A stretch of DNA of 64,000 bases, from contig NW_005201318.1 in assembly GCF_000372725.1 (NCBI RefSeq), forward strand, positions 293,016 to 357,015. Reading direction: 5' to 3'. This document shows, in pieces, positions 25,001 through 37,593 of the stretch; positions within the stretch are counted from its first letter, which is position 1; the number at the start of each line of letters is the position of its first letter. The position numbers were made by a program, and so were the translations under genes. The notes under the pieces were generated by a model, which worked only from the letters and a program-made list of their open reading frames with translations, was not told the DNA's origin and searched no databases. This stretch comes from Emiliania huxleyi CCMP1516 (Eukaryota).

Positions 25001-25597
25001 ATGGGCGCTGCCAGCCGCCGCCGAAGCCCTCGAGCGGCTGGCGGCGTCGTGCGCCACCAGCGGCAGCGATGGTGCGAGCGCCAGGGGGGGCGAGGCGTTC
25101 CGGGCGCTGCAGGAGAGACTTGGAGACGCGAGCTGCGCGGGGCTCATCCTCAAGCCTACTCTGGCGGGAGGGCTGGAGGCGGGCGTTTTGCAGAGATTCA
25201 TGGGGGCGCTTGAAGAGAGGCGCCGACCTTCCCCCCGCTACTGCAGGTTAGCGCGCGACTCGCCGACGAGGCGAGTCGCTTGGGCAAGCCGACTGTCCTA
25301 ACCTCCGCCTTTGAGTCGGGCGTTGCTCATGCGCACGTCCGGGCTGCACCCCGCCGGTGCCAGCGGCGAGGTGAGGCTGGCTGACGGATTCGCTGCGAGT
25401 AGGTTGCGATGCTTGCGTCCGTCCTCGGGGGGCCGAGCATTGCGCACGGCCTCTCAACGTACGAGCGTTTGCAAGGCGACACGCTCTCGCCGGCCTTTGC
25501 GGAGGCGGTGGATGGCGACCTTGTGGACGTGCCAAGGTTGCAGGCTGCGCTTGATGCGACCGCGCAGGGGTTACGGTTTGTGAATGAGAGGAGGTAG
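22072..25597 (+). CDS. menH-menC: MenH (SHCHC synthase)-MenC (o-succinylbenzoate synthase) fusion, multi-exon
   Basis: MenH: LLHGFLGD, DLPGHG, GYSMGGRVAL, SGSPGL..R..D..LA. MenC enolase-fold motifs: PFRLPL, GEVCPLPG, PSVRCALEMA, KVKVG, LRLDANQAW, EEPL, AIDE, LKPTLAGG, SAFESGV, AHGLSTY. Confidence 0.8.
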
Positions 25598-25800
25598 AAG
25601 CTGCGGCTCAGGTCGTGGGGCAAAGCTCGGGTGTAAACGGGGTATGGGGGCAGAAGCCCCAGCCGATTTTTTTACGTGGCCGGCGGGGCGCCCACGCCCT
25701 GGGCCAGCCCGCGGCTGGTCTGTACACTTCATACGTTAATGCACATTCACGTACGCGCCGCCGGTCTGTCATGGCCACGGTTCCAATTTCCATTCTCCAT

Positions 25801-28800
25801 TCACACGTATCCGTAAACGTAGAACTTGCACACCGTCAGCCCCGTCGCAGACGGCCGGTTGAGGTAGATGTAGCGCCCCAACGCGTTGATCTCCACCTCC
25901 AACATCACGTTCGACAACACGCTCACGTCTGACTTCACCAGCGCGTTGCCCGTGTACGTCTCTGCCGTCGTGCCGAGATAGATGTCAATGCCGGTCAGAC
26001 GATGTGGGCAGCAGTCGTTGCGGTTCTGCAGCCGCACGTAGCGCACATACACCTCGCTCCCGAGGTCGACGCCCCACCACTGGCTTGTGTATTGGCCGCA
26101 CTCGGCCCACGGCCGTCCCGTCGTGCTGTCGGCGTATGACAGGTCGCTCACGGGCGCCTGCTTGTCGAACAAGCTCGAGTCCTGGTAAGTGGTGGCGGCG
26201 CTGAGGTCGAGCAGCTGCACGTCAGGCGGCGGCGGCGACGGCGAGGCGGACGGCGGCGGCGGAGAGGGCGAGGCGGACGGCGGCGGCGCAGGAGGGTACC
26301 CCGGCGGGGCCGCCGGCGGGGCCGACGGCGGTGGCGAAAGCGGCGGCGGCGACGGCAGCGAGGGCGAGGCGGACGGAGGCGGTGGCGATGGTGAGGCGGA
26401 CGGCGGCGGGGGCGAGGGCGATGCCGAGGGAGGCGGCGGCGACGGCGACACGGATGCCGGCGGGGGTGACGGCGATGCTGGGGGCGGCGGGGGCGACGGC
26501 GATGCTGAGGGCGGCGGCGGAGATGGTGAGGCGGACGGAGGCGGCGGCGACGGCGACGCGGATGGCGGCGGCGGCGACGGCGAGGCCGACGGAGGCGGCG
26601 GGGACGGCGACGCGGAGGGAGGCGGTGGCGACGGCGACGCGGAAGGAGGTGGACCATTGCGATTTCCTGCGAAGACGTAGAACTTGCACACCGTCAGCCC
26701 CGCCGCAGACGGCCGGTTGAGGTAGATGTAGCGCCCCAACGCGTTGATCTCCACCTCCAACATCACGTTCGACAACACGCTCACGTCTGACTTCACCAGC
26801 GCGTTGCCCGTGTACGTCTCCGCCGTCGAGCCGAGATAGATGTCGACGTCCGTCAGCCGCTCCGCGCAGCAGTCGTTGCGGTTCTGCAGCCGCACGTAGC
26901 GCACATACACCTCGCTCCCGAGGTCGACGCCCCACCACTGGCTTGTGTATTGGCCGCACTCGGCCCACGGCCGTCCCGTCGTGCTGTCGGCGTATGACAG
27001 GTCGCTCACGGGCGCCTGCTTGTCGAACAAGCTCGAGTCCTGGTACGTGGTGGCGGCGCGGAGGTCGAGCAGCTGCACGTCAGGCGGCGGCGGCGACGGC
27101 GAGGCGGACGGCGGCGGCGGCGACGGCGAGGCGGACGGCGGCGGCGCAGGCAGGGCGGAGGGAGGCGGCGGCAGAGGCGGCGGCGGCGACGGCGAGGCGG
27201 ACGGCGGCGGGGAGGGAGAGGCGGAGGGAGGCGGTGGCGACGGCGACGCGGAAGGAGGTGGCGGGGAGGGAGAGGCGGAGGGAGGCGGCGGCGAGGGCGA
27301 CGCGGACGGAGGCGGCGGCGACGGCGAGGCGGAAGGAGGCGGCGGCGAGGGCGAGGCGGACGGAGGCGGTGGCGATGGTGAGGCGGACGGCGGCGGGGGC
27401 GAGGGCGATGCCGAGGGAGGCGGCGGCGACGGCGACACGGATGCCGGCGGGGGTGACGGCGATGCTGGGGGCGGCGGGGGCGACGGCGATGCTGAGGGCG
27501 GCGGCGGCGACGGTGAGGCGGACGGAGGCGGCGGCAACGGCGAGGCGGATGGCGGCGGCGGCGACGGCGAGGCCGACGGAGGCGGCGGGGACGGCGACGC
27601 GGAGGGAGGCGGTGGCGACGGCGACGCGGAAGGAGATGGACCATTGCGATTTCCTGCGAAGACGTAGAACTTGCACACCGTCAGCCCCGCCGCAGACGGC
27701 CGGTTGAGGTAGATGTAGCGCCCCAACGCGTTGATCTCCACCTCCAACATCACGTTCGACAACACGCTCACGTCTGACTTCACCAGCGCGTTGCCCGTGT
27801 ACGTCTCTGCCGTCGTGCCGAGATAGATGTCAATGCCGGTCAGACGATGTGGGCAGCAGTCGTTGCGGTTCTGCAGCCGCACGTAGCGCACATACACCTC
27901 GCTCCCGAGGTCGACGCCCCACCACTGGCTTGTGTATTGGCCGCACTCGGCCCACGGCCGTCCCGTCGTGCTGTCGGCGTATGACAGGTCGCTCACGGGC
28001 GCCTGCTTGTCGAACAAGCTCGAGTCCTGGTACGTGGTGGCGGCGCGGAGGTCGAGCAGCTGCACGTCAGGCGGCGGCGGCGACGGCGAGGCGGACGGCG
28101 GCGGCGGCGACGGCGAGGCGGACGGCGGCGGCGCAGGCAGGGCGGAGGGAGGCGGCGGCAGAGGCGGCGGCGGCGACGGCGAGGCGGACGGCGGCGGGGA
28201 GGGAGAGGCGGAGGGAGGCGGTGGCGACGGCGACGCGGAAGGAGGTGGCGGGGAGGGAGAGGCGGAGGGAGGCGGCGGCGAGGGCGACGCGGACGGAGGC
28301 GGCGGCGACGGCGAGGCGGAAGGAGGCGGCGGCGAGGGCGAGGCGGACGGAGGCGGTGGCGATGGTGAGGCGGACGGCGGCGGGGGCGAGGGCGATGCCG
28401 AGGGAGGCGGCGGCGACGGCGACACGGATGCCGGCGGGGGTGACGGCGATGCTGGGGGCGGCGGGGGCGACGGCGATGCTGAGGGCGGCGGCGGCGACGG
28501 TGAGGCGGACGGAGGCGGCGGCGACGGCGAGGCGGATGGCGGCGGCGGCGACGGCGAGGCCGACGGAGGCGGCGGGGACGGCGACGCGGAGGGAGGCGGT
28601 GGCGACGGCGACGCGGAAGGAGGTGGACCATTGCGATTTCCTGCGAAGACGTAGAACTTGCACACCGTCAGCCCCGCCGCAGACGGCCGGTTGAGGTAGA
28701 TGTAGCGCCCCAACGCGTTGATCTCCACCTCCAACATCACGTTCGACAACACGCTCACGTCTGACTTCACCAGCGCGTTGCCCGTGTACGTCTCTGCCGT

Positions 28801-31800
28801 CGTGCCGAGATAGATGTCAATGCCGGTCAGACGATGTGGGCAGCAGTCGTTGCGGTTCTGCAGCCGCACGTAGCGCACATACACCTCGCTCCCGAGGTCG
28901 ACGCCCCACCACTGGCTTGTGTATTGGCCGCACTCGGCCCACGGCCGTCCCGTCGTGCTGTCGGCGTATGACAGGTCGCTCACGGGCGCCTGCTTGTCGA
29001 ACAAGCTCGAGTCCTGGTACGTGGTGGCGGCGCGGAGGTCGAGCAGCTGCACGTCAGGCGGCGGCGGCGACGGCGAGGCGGACGGCGGCGGCGGCGACGG
29101 CGAGGCGGACGGCGGCGGCGCAGGCAGGGCGGAGGGAGGCGGCGGCAGAGGCGGCGGCGGCGACGGCGAGGCGGACGGCGGCGGGGAGGGAGAGGCGGAG
29201 GGAGGCGGTGGCGACGGCGACGCGGAAGGAGGTGGCGGGGAGGGAGAGGCGGAGGGAGGCGGCGGCGAGGGCGACGCGGACGGAGGCGGCGGCGACGGCG
29301 AGGCGGAAGGAGGCGGCGGCGACGGCGAGGCGGACGGAGGCGGTGGCGATGGTGAGGCGGACGGCGGCGGGGGCGAGGGCGATGCCGAGGGAGGCGGCGG
29401 CGACGGCGACACGGATGCCGGCGGGGGTGACGGCGATGCTGGGGGCGGCGGGGGCGACGGCGATGCTGAGGGCGGCGGCGGAGATGGTGAGGCGGACGGA
29501 GGCGGCGGCGACGGCGACGCGGATGGCGGCGGCGGCGACGGCGAGGCCGACGGAGGCGGCGGGGACGGCGACGCGGAGGGAGGCGGTGGCGACGGCGACG
29601 CGGAAGGAGGTGGACCATTGCGATTTCCTGCGAAGACGTAGAACTTGCACACCGTCAGCCCCGCCGCAGACGGCCGGTTGAGGTAGATGTAGCGCCCCAA
29701 CGCGTTGATCTCCACCTCCAACATCACGTTCGACAACACGCTCACGTCTGACTTCACCAGCGCGTTGCCCGTGTACGTCTCTGCCGTCGTGCCGAGATAG
29801 ATGTCAATGCCGGTCAGACGATGTGGGCAGCAGTCGTTGCGGTTCTGCAGCCGCACGTAGCGCACATACACCTCGCTCCCGAGGTCGACGCCCCACCACT
29901 GGCTTGTGTATTGGCCGCACTCGGCCCACGGCCGTCCCGTCGTGCTGTCGGCGTATGACAGGTCGCTCACGGGCGCCTGCTTGTCGAACAAGCTCGAGTC
30001 CTGGTACGTGGTGGCGGCGCGGAGGTCGAGCAGCTGCACGTCAGGCAGCGGCGGCGACGGCGAGGCGGACGGCGGCGGCGGCGACGGCGAGGCGGACGGC
30101 GGCGGCGCAGGCAGGGCGGAGGGAGGCGGCGGCAGAGGCGGCGGCGGCGACGGCGAGGCGGACGGCGGCGGGGAGGGAGAGGCGGAGGGAGGCGGTGGCG
30201 ACGGCGACGCGGAAGGAGGTGGCGGGGAGGGAGAGGCGGAGGGAGGCGGCGGCGAGGGCGACGCGGACGGAGGCGGCGGCGACGGCGAGGCGGAAGGAGG
30301 CGGCGGCGAGGGCGAGGCGGACGGAGGCGGTGGCGATGGTGAGGCGGACGGCGGCGGGGGCGAGGGCGATGCCGAGGGAGGCGGCGGCGACGGCGACACG
30401 GATGCCGGCGGGGGTGACGGCGATGCTGGGGGCGGCGGGGGCGACGGCGATGCTGAGGGCGGCGGCGGCGACGGTGAGGCGGACGGAGGCGGCGGCGACG
30501 GCGAGGCGGATGGCGGCGGCGGCGACGGCGAGGCCGACGGAGGCGGCGGGGACGGCGACGCGGAGGGAGGCGGTGGCGACGGCGACGCGGAAGGAGATGG
30601 ACCATTGCGATTTCCTGCGAAGACGTAGAACTTGCACACCGTCAGCCCCGCCGCAGACGGCCGGTTGAGGTAGATGTAGCGCCCCAACGCGTTGATCTCC
30701 ACCTCCAACATCACGTTCGACAACACGCTCACGTCTGAGTTCACCAGCGCGTTGCCCGTGTACGTCTCTGCCGTCGTGCCGAGATAGATGTCAATGCCGG
30801 TCAGACGATGTGGGCAGCAGTCGTTGCGGTTCTGCAGCCGCACGTAGCGCACATACACCTCGCTCCCGAGGTCGACGCCCCACCACTGGCTTGTGTATTG
30901 GCCGCACTCGGCCCACGGCCGTCCCGTCGTGCTGTCGGCGTATGACAGGTCGCTCACGGGCGCCTGCTTGTCGAACAAGCTCGAGTCCTGGTACGTGGTG
31001 GCGGCGCGGAGGTCGAGCAGCTGCACGTCAGGCGGCGGCGGCGACGGCGAGGCGGACGGCGGCGGCGGCGACGGCGAGGCGGACGGCGGCGGCGCAGGCA
31101 GGGCGGAGGGAGGCGGCGGCAGAGGCGGCGGCGGCGACGGCGAGGCGGACGGCGGCGGGGAGGGAGAGGCGGAGGGAGGCGGTGGCGACGGCGACGCGGA
31201 AGGAGGTGGCGGGGAGGGAGAGGCGGAGGGAGGAGGCGGCGAGGGCGACGCGGACGGAGGCGGCAGCGACGGCGAGGCGGAAGGAGGCGGCGGCGAGGGC
31301 GAGGCGGACGGAGGCGGTGGCGATGGTGAGGCGGACGGCGGCGGGGGCGAGGGCGATGCCGAGGGAGGCGGCGGCGACGGCGACACGGATGCCGGCGGGG
31401 GTGACGGCGATGCTGGGGGCGGCGGGGGCGACGGCGATGCTGAGGGCGGCGGCGGCGACGGTGAGGCGGACGGAGGCGGCGGCAACGGCGAGGCGGATGG
31501 CGGCGGCGGCGACGGCGAGGCCGACGGAGGCGGCGGGGACGGCGACGCGGAGGGAGGCGGTGGCGACGGCGACGCGGAAGGAGGTGGACCATTGCGATTT
31601 CCTGCGAAGACGTAGAACTTGCACACCGTCAGCCCCGCCGCAGACGGCCGGTTGAGGTAGATGTAGCGCCCCAACGCGTTGATCTCCACCTCCAACATCA
31701 CGTTCGACAACACGCTCACGTCTGACTTCACCAGCGCGTTGCCCGTGTACGTCTCCGCCGTCGAGCCGAGATAGATGTCGACGTCCGTCAGCCGCTCCGC

Positions 31801-33512
31801 GCAGCAGTCGTTGCGGTTCTGCAGCCGCACGTAGCGCACATACACCTCGCTCCCGAGGTCGACGCCCCACCACTGGCTTGTGTATTGGCCGCACTCGGCC
31901 CACGGCCGTCCCGTCGTGCTGTCGGCGTATGACAGGTCGCTCACGGGCGCCTGCTTGTCGAACAAGCTCGAGTCCTGGTACGTGGTGGCGGCGCGGAGGT
32001 CGAGCAGCTGCACGTCAGGCGGCGGCGACGACGGCGGCTGCGCAGCCCAGCACACCTGTAAGAGGGGGGGGGGGGGGGGGGCTCACTTGTTCCAGAGCAC
32101 CATTGCCAGGCCAGAGACGTGCGGCGCGGCCATGGAGGTCCCACTCTTCGAACCGTAGCCCGGGGGGCCGACCCCAGTGTAGCTCGGGGGGCCTAGGTAG
32201 GAGACAATGATCGCGTGAGAGCGGTGGGAGAGCGGCGGCGCTGCGGCCTTCTCGCACAGGGGTGGCACCGACAGTCGATTTGATGTCGACGCCTGGCGCT
32301 GCGATGTCGATCTCGTCGTTGTACTGCGAGAAGCTCGCCTTCTTGTCGTTGCTGTCGGTGGCGGCGACGCTCATGACCGAGGAGTAGGACGCCGGGTAAA
32401 AGTAGCTGCTATCTCCGCCGTTGCCGGCGGCCGCGATGCTGAGGATGCCGTCATTAAAGAATTTCTGGAAGGCATCACGCTCAAAGTCCGACGAAAACCC
32501 ACCTCCGAGCGACACTGCGGAAGGCCGGGGGGGGGGGGGTTAGATGAGTCAAAGACGGGTAGCGGATCTAGGCACGCTCACTCGAGAGGATCTTGGCTCC
32601 GCTGTCGACACATCGCTGAGCCGCATCGACGAGTGTTGAGGCATAGGTCCAGCCACACGCCTCATTCTGGTAGGGCGTGCTGGGGTCGTCGAGCAAGCCG
32701 ACCTCCCCAAACACCTTGACTATCTTCAGGTCAGGCGCGCCCGGATAGACACCGACCACTCCCTCCCCGTTGCCACCGACCGCGGCGATGGTGCCCGCGA
32801 CATGCGTGCCTGGTGGGACGGAGGGAGGGAGGGTGGGGTAGAGGGGGCGGACGGAGAGATGGCGGGGAGGGGATATGGCGGCGGAGAGGGCGGCGGAGAG
32901 GGCATGCGTGCCGTGGTTGCAGATGTCGTCGCCGAAGTAACGCGTGCCGGCTGGGTCAGCTTGGGACGGGTCCGCCGCGGTGGCGTCAGAGGGGAGGTCA
33001 GGGTGTGCGAGCAGGTAGCCAGAGTCGATGATGCACAGCGGATGCGTCACCGCCGACGGGAAGAAGGAGGCGTCCGGCACCGCTTCGTTGTACACACGCT
33101 CGATCCCCCATGGCATTTCCTCGGCTAGCTGCCGCTTCCGCGAAGCCGAGGCCGAGCTTGTTGCTAGGAAGCGCCGCTGATCCTCCTCGACCCTTAGCCC
33201 CGAGCGCTCCGCCTGGTCCTGGAAGGCTCGCGCCGTGCTGTTGTCCTCGAATTCGACCACTGTGAGGGTTTTGAGGGCTGCTTCGATTGTCTTCTTGACC
33301 TCTCCGCCCACAACATCCGCCATCTGCGCCACCTTGCTTGGAGCTCGCGCGCCACCCTTGGTCGTCGCCACGTTGGTCTGCTTTGCCTCGGTGACAACGT
33401 ACCGAATCTTGGGGGGGTTTGCGGGCGGGCTAGGCGGCTCTGTCGCGCGCGGGCGGCCTTTCGTGGCAGGCGCCGCCGCGGCGGACGCCAGCAGGGCAAG
33501 AAAGAGGCAAGG
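25801..33512 (-). CDS. Secreted subtilisin (S8) protease followed by seven F-type-lectin/discoidin-like domains with SPSPPPP linkers
   Basis: Signal peptide MPCLFLALLASAAAA, triad motifs IIDSG, HGTHVAGTIAA and GTSMAAPHVSG, plus AAGN and IAAPG. Seven copies of WWGVDLG...QNRNDCC..RL...GRYI...LTVC. Confidence 0.9.
25810..32020 (-). repeat. 987-bp coding tandem repeat (lectin domain plus Pro-rich linker)
   Basis: Identical shadow ORFs recur every 987 bp (27006, 27993, 28980, 29967, 30954). The last linker is shorter. Confidence 0.95.
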
Positions 33513-34023
33513 CATCTTGACACCCATTTTTGGCAGAACGGCGTGCAGGCCCAGAGATTGTCGGAGATACCCGGGTACTCCATCGACACCGGATCGCTAC
33601 CCCAGATCGGCAGACGAACAGATAATCGTGCCGCTAAGAGGAGGCAAATGGGACAATACGGGGCGAGCGAAAGGGCACTGCGCCTGGCACCAAAATCACC
33701 CGTTCCGGGGGATTCTCCCCAAACCTTGCTCAGCTGATCCAGCACGGGCCGTAGGCCAGCCCTGGGCAAAGAAACCAGTACTCGAGTACCTCATCAGGTT
33801 TCCCTGAGCGTCACAGCTCGGTGATCGCGCCGGCCGGACACCACTGAGACGGCCGTTCCGGGCATTTGAACGCGACCTTCGGGGGCAAAGACATGGGCTC
33901 TATGGCTCAGACTGGACTCCTCTTGGTCCCTTCTGATGCCCTAGGCCACACCTGGGCCTTACCTGGAGCTCTAGGGGGCGGGCTGGGTTTGCCCCCCCCA
34001 ACTGGCCCGAGGGACCTTAAAAA

Positions 34024-34568
34024 CCCCACAGCCAGCCTACCCTCCTATCGCGCCACTCGACGCCCCGCGGCCGCCTCTCGCCTACCGCGCTGCCCTCGCC
34101 GGCCACCGCACCGCCCGCGCTCCAGCCTAACCAGCTTTGTGCTCCAGCCTAGCCAGCTCTGTGCTCCAGCCTAACCAGCCCTGTGCCCCAGCCTAACCAG
34201 CAGCCTAACCAGCTCTGTGCTCCAGCCTAACCAGCCCTGTGCCCCAGCCTAACCAGCAGCCTAACCAGCTCTGTGCTCCAGCCCAACCAGCTCTGTGCCC
34301 CAGCCTAACAAGCTCTCCAGCCTAACCAGTGCTCCAGTAACCAGCTCTGTGCTCCAGCTAACCAGCTCTGCATCTCGCAACACACACATGACAGGGACAG
34401 ACCAGGCGCAGGAAAAGGGAGCGGGGCCCGAATCCAAGGGACCACCCCGTCGGGCGGAGGAGCTGTGAACTCAGGACCAGTAGGAAGGCTGCTGGCTCCT
34501 GACTCATCCCCCAAATCCCCCACCCCCGTGGCCTGAAACCTTACCATTCCACCACCTCACACACACCA
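34024..34568 (+). mobile_element. Partial copy of family 'AB' with an internally expanded ~22-bp tandem repeat
   Basis: Reverse complement of ~37857-38168. The unit ccagcctaaccagctctgtgct is amplified about 10-fold at 34120-34370. Confidence 0.85.
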
Positions 34569-34569
34569 G

Positions 34570-34920
34570 CGTAAGGCGGAGCCGGCGGAGGCTCCGCCCC
34601 TCGGCTTCTTCTGGAGGTTGCGCGCCGATTTGCGCTCGTCGCTCGTCACGATGGCGCGGCGCAGGCTGCCGGACGCGCTCAAGGAGGGGCGAGCCGAGGT
34701 GCTATCTCACGACCAGGAGAAGCTGCTGCGCCGCGAGGAGGCGGTGCAGCGGCAGCTCAACGCCGCGGTCGAGAGGTACGCCGCCGCGCTCGAGCTCTTC
34801 GACCAGTGGCGCCGCAGGGCGTGAAGACCGCCGCCGAGCTCGAGCGGGCGCTGGGCGGCAAGTCGGAGCCCGAGCAGCTGGCGGAGCTGCGCCGCCAGAT
34901 CGAGATGCGGACAGTCGGCT
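34570..34920 (+). pseudogene. Frameshifted coding fragment, possibly transposon-derived
   Basis: Coding-like LGFFWRLRADLRSSLVTMARR...LELFDQW / GVKTAAELERAL..QLAELRRQIEMRTVG with no start or end. Family not identified. Confidence 0.35.
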
Positions 34921-35521
34921 GCGCCATCCCGCCGTCGCTGCCCTCTCCTTCGCCTCGCCCCTCTCTCCCCCGCCACCCTAGCCCACCACCCCAACCCCGC
35001 GGTGTAGGAAGATGAAGGAGAAGCAGAAGAAGGCGCAGTGTGGTGCTGCGCCGGGTGTGAGCGGGTATGAGCGATCGGTGGAGCGGCGGTGTCGATACAT
35101 GCGGCGCAGCGGCTGCGGGCGGGAGCAGGTCACGGCGTGTCCGGATCTCAGATCGGGAGGGAAAGGAGGGCAAACGAGAGGGGCTCGTGCAGTCGTGCTG
35201 CGGATCTGCTTTGTGAGCCAATCTCACACACGGGGGAGATTGGCATTTTGGACCTCGCGCTTCGGCGTGCCTCTTCGCCAGGCCAAGATTGTACCGGCTA
35301 CACGCGCCCCGAAAGAAAGAAAACAGACACGAGAGGGAGCTGGGACACACAGGCGAGAGGGAGGGATGGCGGACGCTGCGCACTTGGAGCACTTGGAGTG
35401 CATTCGGTAACCTCACATCCAGGGCCGGTGAGCTGAGAAGCGCATCCAGCGGCCGCGCATTTCTTTTTCTTTGTTTGGCGCTCGCACGTGCGCCGGTCGC
35501 TCCCGCTCCGCTCGAGCATTC

Positions 35522-36522
35522 ATGCCCTCGCGCGCGCGAACCGCCGACGACGCTCCGCCCACGGACTGGCTGGCAGAGCTGCCGCATGAGCTGCTGCTGC
35601 GTGTGCTCGAGGGCGTCGACGACTTCTCCGACTGCGCCGCCTTCAGCCTCGCGACGCCGCGCCTCGGCCTCCTCGCCCATCGCCGTGGGCTCGCGCGGTT
35701 CGTGGACCTACGCTTCGCCATTGCGATGAGGCTCCTGCTCATCCAGCGCTCTGCCGGTACTTTCGGCACTGTGTCGGTGACGCTCAGCGAGGTCACCCTC
35801 CGCAAATACGCCGGCGACTGCCGAGCCAGCGCCGACCACTTCCCATGGCTTGCGAGCGTGAGCCCGGCGTACCGCCTCTCGTCAGAATTTGAGGGCGCTG
35901 GCGAGTTCCGCAAAGAGGACTGGAGGCTGCGGCGCGGCGAAGAGGTTGGCGCGAAGCTGCGGACTCGCTTCTTGCAGCGTGGCAGCGTGTATCACTTCGA
36001 GGGCGAGCGAGGCGCGGAGCGTATGGTGCGCCAGGTGTTCGACGGCACGGTGTTTCACTTCGAGGGCGAGCCAGGCGCGGAGCGTATGGTGCGCCAGGTG
36101 GCTGTCGACGGCATGGTGCTTCACTTCGAGGGCGAGCGAGGCGCGGAGCGGAAGCTGCGCACCGAGTATCCCGACGGCGACGTGCTTCACTACGAGGGCG
36201 AGCGAGGCGCGGAGCGGAAGGTGCGCGAGTGTATCGAAGGCATGGTGATTCACTACGATGGCGAGAAAGGTATGGAGCGGATGGTGCGCGCGGTGAGTGC
36301 CAGCGGCGACGTGCACCACTACGAGGGCGAGCGAGATGCGGAGCGGGTGGTGCGCACAGAGTGTGTCGACGGCGAGGTGTTTCACCACGAGGGCAGCGAG
36401 GCGCGGAGCGGAGGGTGCGCGAGGTGAGTGCCAGCGGCGGCGTGGTCCAGTACTTCGAGGGCGAGCGAGGCGCGGAGCGGGTGGTGCGATGGGAATTCGA
36501 TGGCCCCGCTCGCCCGCAGTGA
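35522..36522 (+). CDS. Intronless F-box-like protein with ~9 [FY]EGERGAERxVR repeats; frameshift near 36395
   Basis: WLAELPHELLLRVL at the N-terminus, then ~22-23 aa beta-hairpin (MORN/YwqK-like) repeats. Confidence 0.7.
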
Positions 36523-37530
36523 GAGAGCAGCGGAGCAGCGCGACGTCAACAACGGCAGATGGAGCGGCGCGGAGGGCCGCGCTTGCCGCCGTAGCCCTGC
36601 GGGGCCGGGGCGCAAAGAGCGCCAACACTGAGGAGCGCCAACACTGAGGAGCATATCTAGCGCATGTGACATCCCATACCATATGTGAGTGACTTGATCC
36701 CGCGCAGCGGTTTATTGAGCTTTTATTTTTTATTATTTATTCCGAGAGAAAATTCAAACAATAAACTACAGGTCTACCTCTACGGCCGGGTCGTGGCCGA
36801 CGGCGGAGGGCTCCAGCAAGCGCCCACCTGGGCCCGACCTCTCCGCTCTCGCTCCGGCGCAAACGCGTGCCCGGCTGCCGCGCAAAGAACGGCCGCGACA
36901 GGCCGACAGCTGGACAGCGAAGACGCCTGAGAGGGAGGGGGGGGGGGTCAGAGAGCCACGGCCGTCGATCGGCGCGGCGGGGAAATGTCCCGGGGGTGTC
37001 CGGGAGATGTCCGGGAGAGTGTCCGGTTGTGCGCAGGCACGGGAAGTCGAGGGGCTGCGGAAGCGGCGGCTGGGGTGGCGGAGTGCCTCGTCCATCTCGA
37101 TCAGCCACTCCAGATCGCCATGGGCCAGCCGCCCGAACAGCAGCGGGGGGGGCGCCCTCGCCCGCGTCCATCACCTGCGAAGGCACGACGATGGGTCGGA
37201 GCAGGGTCCGCTCGATCGCGTGCGAGCCAGGGCGGCGGGTGGACGTGCGGGCGCGGTGCCCGTGGCTGGCGCTCGTGGGTCGGTGGGGGNNNNNNNNNNN
37301 NNNNNNNNNNNNNNNNNNNNNNNNNNNNNNNNNNNNNNNNNNNNNNNNNNNNNNNNNNNNNNNNNNNNNNNNNNNNNNNNNNNNNNNNNGGGGGGGGAGG
37401 CGGCTCAGAACCACAAGAATCATCCGCTCGGAGCGTCATCTGTCCCTATCTAACGAGTTGTTTGCTTCCTCATCGCCGCGGGGAGCAGGTGGACCGTGAG
37501 GCAGGTCGCTGTTGGCGCCGCGGCGGCGGC

Positions 37531-37581
<51 letters not shown>

Positions 37582-37593
37582 TGGGCGCGCGGA

